This document shows positions 36,950-50,403 of a stretch of 64,000 bases of DNA, piece after piece (position 1 is the stretch's first letter; each line of letters starts with the position of its first letter). The DNA comes from Octopus sinensis (taxonomy: Eukaryota): positions 181,288,001 through 181,352,000 of the forward strand of contig NC_042997.1 in the NCBI RefSeq assembly GCF_006345805.1, written 5' to 3'. A model generated the notes under the pieces. That model was given only the letters and a program-made list of their open reading frames with translations. It ran no database searches and was not told the DNA's origin. The translations under genes and the position numbers were made by a program.

Positions 36950-38775
36950 ATTTAAAAACTTATCGTTCTGCGAAGAGATGATCTGGGAAAGGTATTGATG
37001 TTTGAAAACCCTTTTCTGACTCAGTGTGAATTGATAATAGAATGGTATCTTGGTGAGAAATTCTTATCTATAGCTTAACGAAACTGGTAAGGTAGGTTGG
37101 ATTTGATCCTCTTACCATATGGAATTATCAACCAAACAGTTTTACTGGTACATACTTTGCTATGAGGGTAATCATCTTTAAAAGTCCTAGATGTACTTTT
37201 ATAACGAAAAAGGGGGTCTTAAAGAACGGTTATCTCCCTTACGCTGCAAAATTAAATTTTTCGATGTAGTGTTGTTATTCGAACTAAAATATATATTGTT
37301 ATTACCGTTATGCCCTGATTTAATGTTCTGATTAATAGAGGTAGAATTAATGTCAATAGGGTTAATATAGGTAATTTTTTTCTTTATAGCCTGCTTTAAG
37401 TAAAGCAGAGTTATAAAATTCTGCTTTATCGTTGAAGATATCAACATTGGCAGATAATCTAGAAAGTCGAAGTGAAATATTTCCAACTAAATTCCTTGTA
37501 ATAGCCTTTGAATGATTACTGAAACAGCTAATATATTTTAGATTAGTTGAGGGTTTATGGTATGGGAAATATGAATCATTATATAAGTTAAGGGTAATAT
37601 CCAAAAAGTTGGCTTTAGCTATATGATCGTCGAAAACAATGCTTAAGCCCATGTTTCAGAAACATTTAACCAACCTATATTTAACCCTTTGTAATTTTTA
37701 GAAGCATTTTGAAGGTAGAGTAAACAATCGTCACGATATAGACCTCCATTGATGTTTGGGAATTGGTCAGCCATCTCATAAAGGATATATATACCAACCA
37801 AATCAGCGATTTGTGCTGAATCAGAACCGTCAGGCGTATCATTACGGACCCACAGCTTGTTTTCAAATTTAATGATTGATTTTCTGGCGATTAACACATT
37901 ATTTTTATCCCTGGTGACACCTGCTTTGTTGTGTGCGAACCACAGTGCCTTGTTGAGCATAATTGGGTTAATAGAGGAATAGAAACTAGAAATGTCGAAC
38001 TGCATAAACTTAATGCACTTCTTGTTATTAATAGAATTAAACCAGTCGACCACTTGGAAGGAATTAGACCATAAATTAAGCTTTAATGTTTTAACTAAGG
38101 TAGGAATATATTTATCTAGAATATTTTTGCTAAGTACACCGATATCAGAGCTAGGAGGACAAATAAGTCGTAAGGTTGGGTTATTAAAATATTTGGTTTG
38201 TGATCTTTTAAAATAAAACGAGAGATTGTTTGAGGGTCAAGAGGTTCAGTCTTCATCTTTAAATCGCATTTCTCCATAATTTTCTTAGCCTCAAGGTAGG
38301 CTTTCCTGATTGCACTTTAACTAGTAATCCTTTAATTCTTTTGTATTTCTTTTCTAAGCAATTCTAGGTAGTAATCCTTGAGAAGTCTGTGTAAGTTTCC
38401 TGTTTTGTCAGAATGAATCTGTATCTCATCTGCGATATGAATTTCTTTATTGATATTGTGAAGATACCTCAGAAGTTTATTCCTTAAGGGTGAACGGTGA
38501 AATTTCACATTCTTTACGATAGACCAGAGATCGTCTTCAAACAGTTTCAATCTTGGGTTAGGTAGAGGATTGTTTTTAGGTTTAAACAATTTCTTGAATT
38601 CAGAAGATAGATCCTTAGAATATTGTTTAATGTCTTCGTCATCGAAGAAGAAAGCAAGCCATCTAATATGATTAATAAAGAAGTTTGTCTTACGAATAAG
38701 TTGCTTAAGGAAAACTTTCCTTGGGGCGGGGATGGGTATATCCTTGAGAGATGCGTTTATATCAAATAACTCCAT
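36950..38775 (-). mobile_element. Second, unrelated Penelope-like element (PLE-2), degenerate RT ORF
   Basis: ORF pieces 38332-38775, 37643-38053 and 37362-37652 with SDKTGN, FDISSFYSSI, AQIADLVGIYIL, GLYRDD, FLDITLNL, YHKPS, SNHS...ISLRLSRLS. Downstream VWLIIPYGKRIKSN..AIDKNF remnant. The 5' end abuts (AT)n at 38782-38804. Confidence 0.8.
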
Positions 38776-38976
38776 ATGTGGTATATATATATATATATAT
38801 ATATTTGCGGTTGAAGCTTTGGCTGTTATTTCTAGTGGGTGAATGGCCTATCATGGCCGTTCTTGATTGTTGATGTTGAACTTAAAAATGGTCTATGACT
38901 ATTTAATTTTTTCCCACTAGGCCGCTGGTGGCAAAAAGAATTCTACAAAATTTTTTTTGCCACCCTATATTGATTA

Positions 38977-39027
<51 letters not shown>

Positions 39028-39053
39028 GTCTCCAGAGACATATATGTGTGTGT

Positions 39054-39084
<31 letters not shown>

Positions 39085-39450
39085 CTTTATTAATGAATGG
39101 CACATGTATTTTGCATCGCCTAGACGCTGCAGACGGGAAAAATAGAACATCGAGGATATGGCAGCTTGATGGAGACAGGGATGCACCAACCGTTGGTTTG
39201 TACTCATTTCCAGTTGAGTTGCTTGGAACCATATGGAATGAAGCGCCTTACTGAATAACAAATGACTCTACCACACCCCACTCATCACCACCCAATTCAG
39301 GAATCGAACTTATAAGTTTCATCGAGAGCCTAACACCTGTATCACTACGCCCCGCATCTTCACGTCGTAACACACACACGACTAAGAATAAAACCATTGA
39401 TTATGATTCACGGTTTAAACAAATCAAAACGTGATGTAAGAAGGAAAGCA

Positions 39451-39879
39451 GGATCTTTTCGGTTTGAACGGCAGTTTTTTTACATAATTTCTAGGTAACT
39501 AAAAAATTTTAAACTTCGTATACTGGTAGAATGTGTTTATAAAACATCTTTTTCTCTTGGCTTTATTGAGAAAATTCTATAGTTTGTAAGATATTTGTTG
39601 GGTTTTTTTTCTTCAATTTCTGTAATTTCAACCAATCACTGACATCTATTGAGGTAAAAAAACATTCTGTGTCGTATGAATATGTCCCTCGTTTAAGAAA
39701 CAGATTGGGTTTATTTACATTTGTGAAGAAAAAAAAAGATACCGTTCCCCCCACCCATTACCCCAACCCTAACCCTAAAACAGATTGAAATGCAATAGAT
39801 CGATACTAGGGTCATGATTATGGGTGACAATTTCATATGATACCGCTAGAAAAAACTGCCGTTCAAACCGAAAAGATCC
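39451..39879. mobile_element. ~430-bp MITE with perfect 30-bp TIRs and internal CCCTAA repeats
   Basis: GGATCTTTTCGGTTTGAACGGCAGTTTTTT (39451-39480) has an exact reverse complement at 39850-39879. CCCCAACCCTAACCCTAA at ~39760-39778. Imperfect 9-bp flanks AGGAAAGCA/GGGAAACCA. Confidence 0.8.
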
Positions 39880-39994
39880 GGGAAACCATTAGACTGAAAA
39901 CTTCTGAAATGCCGTTTTGGTATCTTGCATTTATGAACATATCTTGTATTTGTAGATGCCTCTTTAGAATATATTTTGTATTTGTGAATGTAAG

Positions 39995-40402
39995 TCGCAG
40001 GAGTGGTTGTGTGGTAAGTAGCTTGTTTACCAACCACATGGTTCCGGGTTCAGTCCCACTGCGTGGAACCTTGGACAAGTGTCTTCTACTATAGCTTCGG
40101 GCCGACCAAAACCTTGTGAGTGGATTTGGTAGACGGAAACTGAAAGAAGCCCGTCGTATATATGTATATATATGCGTGTCTGTGTTTGTGTGTCTGTGTT
40201 TGTCCCCCTAGCATTACTTGACAACCGATGCTGGTGTGTTTATGTCCCCGTTACTTAGCGGTACGGCAAAAGAGACCGATAGAATAAGTACTGAGCTTAC
40301 AATAGAATAAGTCCCGGGGTCGAGTTGCTCGATTAAAGGCGGTGCTCCAGCATGGCCGCAGTCAAATGACTGAAACAAGTAAAAGAGTAAAGAGTAAAGA
40401 GA
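39995..40402 (+). mobile_element. Family-A SINE (full length)
   Basis: Head, body, short microsatellite and tail. Confidence 0.9.
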
Positions 40403-41751
40403 GTATATCTGAGGCTGTATCTGGTGAAAGCAGTAGATATTTGGTGAATAATTCAAGTCAGATTCAAATTTACAGCCTTTCACTCGCATTGCAGATTCAC
40501 TAAGTTCGAATATCGAACGTCAAAACTTTTTATCTCTTCAAATTGCAACCGTGTGAAAAATGTCTCGCACAAACTTATATACATTCACAGTTAATTACGT
40601 ACACGTATTCTTTTATTCTTATATTCTTTTATTGGTTTCAATTATTAAATGGTTACGTCTATGTTGTGGCACAGTCATTATGGGTTCAGACGATCGTATC
40701 AAACCCAGGATTTATGTGTGTGTGTGTGTGTGTGTGTACACACATGCACATACGCACACGCACGCACACACACACACGCACAAATGTTCACGTACGTACG
40801 CACACGCGCACACGACCACATACACACATTTACGTGGGACTGAACCCGGAACCATGTGGTTAGCACCTATGTACATCTATGAAAATACACACACATTCAC
40901 ATACACATTTGTACACAAAATACAGACACACACACACTTCACATTGACTTGCCCATTCTTGTCCTTTTTTATGTATGTATGTATGTGTGTATGTATGTAT
41001 GTATGTATGTATCTATACGGATATACATCTGTATAAATATATTTTTGAGTATATGTGAGTGCATTTGTGTATGTATGTGTGCGTGTGTGCATGTGTGTGT
41101 GTGTGTGTGGTGTGTGTGTGTGTGTAAGCCAATTTTGCTAAGGAACACACACCAATGAAATGTCAAGGAAGAAAAGGGAGGGGAACAAAAAGCGATATAA
41201 AAATGAAAACATTCCTGAACCTATCACGTGACCTACTCTTAATCGCATTCGGAAAGTGTCCCCCCAGCAGAAAGGCACTACTGGCACCAGTAGCAAAGAC
41301 TAATTTGGTAAGTGGACTTCGTTTTACTCTTTCTGAAAGAGACAGCTATACTCTGCTATAAAGTGTCTGTTGATTCGGTGAATATTTTGACAGATCTCTG
41401 GGTTTTTTTTCCTATTTTTCGTTAGTTTCTTTTTGAGTCTGATTAAAAACCCTGATGACTGCTTTTGTGTTTGTGTGTGTTTGTGCGCGTGTGAATAAGT
41501 TTCACGGCCGCCTTGTTTATTCTATTGCAACCAGCAGCCATCATTGTCAATCATAACTATCATACAGAATATAAGTGGTTCCAATGCCACTAGGGTGTCT
41601 CTATCGTTCGGCTTGCTAGAAATACCACCCACACCACACTATGTATGTATATATATATATATGTGTGTGTGAGTGTGTGTGTGTGTGTGTGGTGTTTGCA
41701 TGTGTATGTGTGTAAGTATTTATATCCATCTGCCTATATATATATTTATGT

Positions 41752-41783
<32 letters not shown>

Positions 41784-41974
41784 GTATGTATGTATTCTAA
41801 GCATAAATGTCCGACGAACGGGAACGTGAAACTCTGAGTAACACTTTTTGTGATATTTTTGCTGCTTTTTAATAAAGTATATTACTCTACCTGGTATTCG
41901 GGTACTATTTTTTTCCACCTTGTTTAGTATTTATGTGATTACTCTGGTATATATGTATGTATATATAGATGAAG

Positions 41975-43180
<1,206 letters not shown>

Positions 43181-43693
43181 ATTGAAAGCGACACAAAACA
43201 TAGGCACATATCACGCATATACAGAGATATGTATGTGAATATTGTACTCTTAGTATCCGAGATGTGCAGACATGGGTGTGCGAGTGAGATCGAGTGCAAG
43301 GATACGCTGTTTCGTCTAAATCTAACCTTGCATGTGTTAAATGCTTTTACGTACAATTTGTGTCCTAAATCTAAGCGTATTTGCATGTATTTTGTAATAT
43401 ACAAAAGTGTGTTTAAGGCAGCGAGCTGGCAGAATCGTTAGCAACGACGTGCAAAGTACTTAGTAGTATTTCGTCTGTCTTCACGTAATGAGCTCAAATG
43501 CCGACGGGGTCGACTTTGCCTTTCATTCTTTCGCGATCGATATAAGTACCAGTTGAACTCTGAGATCGATTTGTTTATTCTATGCAACAAGCAGCCATCA
43601 TTGTCATCATAACTATCATACAGAATATAAGTGGTTCCAATGCCCAAAATTGCTGGCTTTGTGCCAAAAGTTGAAATGAATATACAACAGTGA

Positions 43694-43727
<34 letters not shown>

Positions 43728-44281
43728 AATAATATGGGTAGCTTATTAGCAATTTAACAGCATAAAGTCATTAAGATAGTGCTTCAGTGGCTATTGAGAT
43801 GTTTTGACTCTTATTTCTAGCAATGGTGGTACTACTTAGCACCCTCTGTCACTTTAGTGACGCCTAAGCGTGGAGTAGATGAAACTAAGGCGACTGAAGA
43901 AGAGGAATTTTCCTTGTTTTGTATGTCCTGTACTCTATTTTTTTCGTTGTTTAAAAGAAATGTCCATTTCCTTGGTTTTGTGTTTATGTTTTCGTTTCTC
44001 ATTGTGTTCGACGTTTTTTTGGTGTCCTGTACCCATATATGCATGTATATATACATGTAGAGGTAGGTACGTACATATATGTATGTATATATGCATATGT
44101 TTTATTATTAATTTATATATATATTTATTAATTTATATATATATATATATATTATATATATATATATATATACATAATTTAAATAATAAGGTTGAAAAAT
44201 TGAATATTAATTTGGATATTATTTAAAACCAGTGGCTTAGCATATTGAAAAAATATGAAGATTCAGAAAATTATATGTATG

Positions 44282-44346
<65 letters not shown>

Positions 44347-44910
44347 GTACATTGTTGCAGACAGGAAAAATAGAACTCAAAGTTTGAGTATATATATATA
44401 TATATGTATTTTTATTAATATTTAACAGAAGTAACAGAATGACTCAAGGTCCGAGATGTTTGTACGTTGGCGATAAGTGACAATGAACGAAACTCTCGGA
44501 CCTTGAGTCACTCTGTTACTTCTGCTAAATATCAATATATATATATATATATACATATGTATTTACAAATATATATTTATGTACATACATTCACATACTT
44601 GCACGCAGGCCCACACACACACAGACACTCACACACTTACAGCCCTACACACGCAAGCATGCACCCACACATGCAAACACATGTGAGTGGTGACTTGGCA
44701 AAGAGTGATATAAACAAAAGCCGTATTAATAAAGTGAATTTTAGGTTTCTTTTCCTGTACTCTCTTGTAACCAATCATATATCTGTTTATGAATCTATTT
44801 CTCTTCTCCCCGTCTTTCTTTTCCCCATTCCCTCTCTTCTCTTTCTCTACTTCTCTCTTCGGGTAGAATTCGGTTGCCGGAAACAGTGCAGTAGTCTGTC
44901 ACTTGTGCTT

Positions 44911-44943
<33 letters not shown>

Positions 44944-45218
44944 TAACGTGTGTGTTTTTGTGTGTGTCTGTGTGCATATGTGTGTATGTGTGTGTGTGAG
45001 TGTTTTTGTACATATTGGTATATATGTATGTATATGTATCAGGGTCGGATTAAGACCTATAGAGACCCTAAAGCCCTTAAAAGATTTTGGTGCCCTCATA
45101 TAAATGCTATTGAAAATATAAACCACAATAAACCATAAAATAATATTATTTTTGAAAATGTAACAGAACTAACAGTAAAATAGAAAATAATGCTTATTTT
45201 CCCATACTCCCATTTCTG

Positions 45219-45435
45219 TTTTACTTGTTTCAGTCATTTGACAGCGACCATGCTGGAGCACCGCCTTTAGTCAAACAAATAGATCCCAGGACTTATTCAT
45301 TGTAAGCCTGGTATTTATTCTATCGTTCTCTTTCGCCGTGCCGCTAAGTTAAGGGGACGTAAACATACCAACATTGTATGCCAAGCGTTGGCGTGGGTGG
45401 GACAAACTCAGACGCACACACGCACATATGTATGT

Positions 45436-45480
<45 letters not shown>

Positions 45481-45650
45481 ATATGCGACAGGCTTCTTTC
45501 AGTTTCCGTCTTACAAATCCACTCACAGGGCTTTGGTCGGTCCGAGGCTATAGTAGAAGACACCCAAGCCAAGGTGTCACGCAGTGGGACTGAACCCAAA
45601 ATCATGTGGTTGGGAAGCAAGGTTCTTCCTCACAAAGCTACGCTTGCGCC
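45219..45650 (-). mobile_element. Family-A SINE (full length)
   Basis: Reverse complement of the family-A consensus. Confidence 0.85.
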
Positions 45651-45958
45651 TATATTTGAAACATTTTCTCCTCCTTTTTCTACACCTTTGATCAGATCCT
45701 CGAAATTAATCTTACATAACGCATCTGCTATCATACTTAGTAGTGATATGACATCCCGAATATTATTTTAGCAAGTTTAATGTGATTTCTTTTGTGCATC
45801 AAATCATTTACCATTTCTATGGTGCTTCCCCTTCCTTTGATGCCCTACGCACGAGCTTATTTTGTCTAATGATTAATCCAGCTCTGATATACATATATAA
45901 ATGCATGCATACATACATACATACATTCTTACATACATAATACATACATACATATATA

Positions 45959-46908
45959 CGAGGGGTGTTCATTAAAGATTTTCCTTGACCCACTTCCCAA
46001 AGACTGGGATAAACATAACTTGGCAGAATTATTAGCCCTTCTCTTTACATAGCCACCACCAATGATGACACTTCTCCCATCGTTTTATGCATCTATAAAG
46101 ACCTCGTCTGTAGAAGATTGTAGGTTGCGTATGGAGCCAAGACTTTACCTCAGAAATAAGTTCATCATCATCCGAAAAGTGCCTCCCTTTCAAGAAAAGA
46201 CTTCGTGATTGGAAAGAAGTGAAAGTCAGATGGTGCGAGGTCGGGAGAGTAAGGGGGATGAGGACGGATTTCATAGCCGCAGAAGTGTTCTTTCATTTGG
46301 GCAACATGTACATTATGAACTGGGGCTCGTCTTGGAGGAGGCGGACTTTTTTGGTCAGCAATCCACGGCTCTCTGTTTTGATGGCGTCCAGCAATTTCTG
46401 CAGCAGAGAAGTATAATATGCCCAGTTAATTGTGGTACCCTTGACCAACAAATCCATCATCACTACTCCGCACTGGTCTCAAAAGACTATGGGGATCACC
46501 TTACCTGCTAAGGGTTAGTCTCAGGATCATAGTGATGGACCCATGTTTCATCCTGTGTGATAAGTCTGTCGAGGAGTAAATGACTTGTTCCTGCTTCTGA
46601 AATAGTGTGAGCATCCCAAGAATCCATCGTGCAGACAACTTCTGCATATGCAAATGGTCGTGAAGGATTTTTTCCTCGGACCCTACACTTATCTTCACTT
46701 CTTGGGCTAGTTGCCGAATGGTCATGCGCGATCCTTCAAAATGGCGGCTTCCACTTTATGGATGGTGTCGTCATCAATGGCGGAAGGTGGTCGTCCAGGA
46801 ATAGGAGCAGTTTTCACTGATGTTCGACAGATGTCCGACCACATCGTTACCATAAACTTCTTTCATCTCATTGAAAGTCTCTTTTGGTGTACGACCTTTC
46901 AAGTATAC
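45959..46908 (-). mobile_element. Mariner-like transposon remnant (3' TIR present, 5' end lost at a SINE insertion)
   Basis: Minus translations YLKGRTPKETFNEMKEVYG, TIRQLAQEVKISVGS...KLSARW, ITQDETWVHHYDPET, HPPYSPDLAPSDFH, KGRHFSDDDELISEV...RWEKC. Terminus TA|CGAGGGGTGTTC at 45957-45970. Confidence 0.85.
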
Positions 46909-47653
46909 ATTCTGAGTTCAAATTCCATCGAAGTCAACTTTGCAATCCATTCTTTCGAGGTCGATAAGTGCCAGTTGAATTCTGAGGTTGCTGTAATCGA
47001 CTTACCTCTCCTCCGAAATTTCTGGTCTTGTGCGAAAACTTGAAATCAATATTATATGCTACTTTGTAAAAGGGTGAGCTAGCAGAATCGTTAACTCAGC
47101 GGGAAAAAAGCTTATCGATATTTCTTCCGTCTTTACGCTCCGAGTTCAAATTACACTAAAGTCAGCTTTACCTTTCATTCTTCCGAAGTCGATAAAATAA
47201 GTACCAGCTGAGCACTGGGGTCAATGGGATTGACTTAATCTCCCCACGACCACCACAAATTGCTGGTCTTTTGCCAAAATTTGGAACCAGTATTATAAAG
47301 CATTTTTTGTTTACGAGAGAAGCAGTAGAATGCTAGATAATATGATTTCGACGGTATTTATCTTGCTATTAACTATCTCTGCCCAAAAGAGCGACCAGAG
47401 TACTCCTCTCATTCCCCCCCCCTCTCTCTTCTGTGTCTTCCTCATGCACAGACGAAAACTCGAAATATTAGATCCTTCATTCCTCCTACCAAGTGAATTT
47501 ATCAAACACTTCTCTATATTCTCGCATGAACTAATTATTGCTGAAGCTTCCTTTGTTGCCGGGATATTTTCTCTTCATTAGTTAGTCTTGTTTTTATTAG
47601 TCATCCCCTACCCCATAGGAATGAAATTAAAATCCCTTCCTTCTTGCCATCTC

Positions 47654-47727
<74 letters not shown>

Positions 47728-48125
47728 CTTTCTCTCATTTCGATGTTTCAATCCCAAAGGAATCTTAACTAAATTTGTAGCAATCTGAAGTATCGCTATG
47801 GGTATTGGAAGCGGGTCGTACACGTGCAGCCTGGCACCATGCATGTGTGAATAGGAATGCATGATTATTATGTGTGAGCGCATGCGGAAAATAGAAGTAA
47901 AATATGTATTTTGAAGCTAAGCCAGCGAACTGGCAGAATTGTTAGAATGCTTTGCGGTATTTCGCCCGTCTTTATGTTCTGAGTTCAAATTCCTCCGAAG
48001 TCGACTTTGCTTTTCATCTTTATCGGGGTCGATAAAATAAGTACTAGTTGAGCACTGGGAGTCTATGTAATCGAGTTACACTCTCCCTGAAATTGCTGGC
48101 CTTGTGCCAAAATTTGAAATCAATG
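46909..48125 (+). mobile_element. Three old family-B-related SINEs (~46909-47040, ~47075-47290, ~47920-48125)
   Basis: Each has TCTGAGTTCAAATT..GTCGACTTTGC..GTCGATAA..AGTACCAG and the tail AAATTGCTGGYCTTGTGCCAAAATTTGAA. Confidence 0.7.
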
Positions 48126-48299
48126 TGCATTTTGAACTTTTGATTAGGAAGAATTCAAAACCGAACACATCTAGTACTATGTAATTGAAAAAAAAATACA
48201 TAGTACTGGATGCACGAAGACCAAAAATTGATTATGCCACCAGCCTCTTAGCCAAATTCAGCCAATGGTCAAATAATCTGAGAAAGCTACTACTTCGAA

Positions 48300-48685
48300 G
48301 TCACTTTCTCGATCATATAGTCTAGGGTTCATTCCCACTGCGCAGCACTTTAGGCAAGTGTCTTCTACTAGAGACCCTAGTCTACCAAAATTTTATTAAC
48401 GTACACAGAAAGAAGCCCGTCGTATATATATGCATGTGTGTGTGTATGTGTGCAAGTGTGTGTGTATGCGCATATGTGCATGTATAAATCTTTGTGTCTG
48501 TGTTTGTCTCTTACCATTGTTTGACGGGCAATGTTGTGTTGTTTATACTTTTGTACCTTAGTGATAAACTAAGTATCAAGTTTAAAAGCAAGAACTGAGG
48601 TTGATTTTGTTTGACGAAACCTTTCAAAGCAGTGCCCTAGCATGGCCGTAGTCCAATGCTTGAAACAAGTAAAAAGTAAAAGGTA
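48300..48685 (+). mobile_element. Old, degenerate family-A SINE
   Basis: GGGTTCATTCCCACTGCG..GGCAAGTGTCTTCTAC...CAGCATGGCCGTAGTCCAATGCTTGAAACAAGTAAAA-type tail. Confidence 0.7.
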
Positions 48686-48699
48686 AAGGAATGTATGTA

Positions 48700-49213
48700 C
48701 ATAGAAATAGTCCGCCCTTGAGTATAATACGCAGGGGATTTTTAGGGAGCGGTACCTCTGAAAAACCTGAACCTTGTGTATAATATGCACCCCTTCTCTA
48801 ACTTGAGTCAAGGAGGTCCATATAACGTCCTTGGTTTGTAAAAAATGTATACGGTAACGTCCTTTATTATTATTGTATATATAAAATAATGCAAACGTGT
48901 AGCTTTTTTGTGCATTTTGTTTGCAGAAAATAAAGAAATAACAGTAATAACAGTAATAACGTTTAATAAATGTTGCTTACTGCAAGTTATGGATGATTCT
49001 TTTATGACTTCATTGCTTTCAGGCTTAGCTTAAGGTATTTTCGCGCCCGACATTACAAAATGCGTCTGAATAAACATTGCCGGACAGCAAATAGAGACTC
49101 GGACATCGCTTAGAAAATATTTTTAATGTTTAACCTCGTATATAGTATGCACTAGTGATTTTGACCTTTAAATTTTGGGGAAAAAATGCGGATTATACTC
49201 GAGGATGTATGGT
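48700..49213. mobile_element. Tc1/mariner-pogo-type non-autonomous element (degenerate left TIR)
   Basis: The right end TGCGGATTATACTCGAGGATGTATGG|TA is inverted relative to CTTGAGTATAATACGCA at ~48717-48733. Confidence 0.5.
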
Positions 49214-49974
49214 ATATACTATGCATGTAAGTGTAAACGCAATGATTAATTTTCAATCAAGAATTTTTAAGGTGATCCAGTTTTTTAGAGATACAAAACA
49301 AAGCGCTTTAGAAATAACTGACATCTTGAAATAATTTAATTACAGCAACCATTTTTAAAATCTGATGCAAAAATCATATTTTGTTTCTATTTGATTTTTC
49401 ATTCATTTTTGTCTATTAATGTTTCTTCGTGTTAATTATATTCACTTATTTCAAAGTTTAATTCAAATTTGTGAGAAATCCTTCCATTACGTTCAAGTTA
49501 TTAAATGGCGTTATTCTTTTAATTAGGTGGTTTCAGGTTTCTCTCTTTACTTTACGTCTCATGTTTCATCTCACCGACTATAGGAAATATATATTCGTCA
49601 TCTCCCAAAAATGGGAAAATGCTTCCATAATATACAATAAAATATCTCAGGTGAGGGTAATAGCTTAGAAACCATCAAGAGAGACAATTTTGACATCCCA
49701 TTAATCCTTATATATTTTAAGCATTTCGTTGATTGTTTTATAGAAAATATAACCCTTTAAATTAGATATTCCTTTGGCTGCCATTTATAAAATACACCAA
49801 AATCTGGCATTTCTTTGAATACTGCACGTGAAAATTACCATCAAAATTAGACACTCCATTAACAACTATTGATAAAATGATCCCGATTAGATATTATCTT
49901 AAATGCTATATCATAGAAAAACCATCAAAATTAGACTCCGGACCACACACACATACACACAACGCATGAGCGCA

Positions 49975-50137
49975 AGCATGGATTTGTAGTTAAGAAGCAC
50001 ACTTCTCAACGCGTGGTTTCGTGTTCAGTTCTACAGCAGAGCACCTTGCGAGTGTATCTTTAATAGCTCCGGGCCGACCAATGCCTCGTGATTGAATTTG
50101 GTAGACAGAAACTGTGTGGAAACCTGCTGTGTATGTG

Positions 50138-50191
<54 letters not shown>

Positions 50192-50403
50192 TGTGTGTGT
50201 GAATCTTTGTGTCTGTATTTGGCCTCCCTTGACAACCGGTGCTGTTTTTTTGATGTCCCGGTAACCCAGCGGTTCAGCAGCAGTGTCCGATGTAATAAGT
50301 ACCAGTCATTAAAAAAATAAAGATTGGAGTCAATATGTACGATTAATTGCCCCAGCATGGCCGTCGTCTAATCGCTGAAATAAGTAAAAAGTAAAAAATA
50401 AAA
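49975..50403 (+). mobile_element. Old, degenerate family-A SINE
   Basis: Recognisable head, (GT)n and tail CCCCAGCATGGCCGTCGTCTAATCGCTGAAATAAGTAAAA. Confidence 0.65.
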
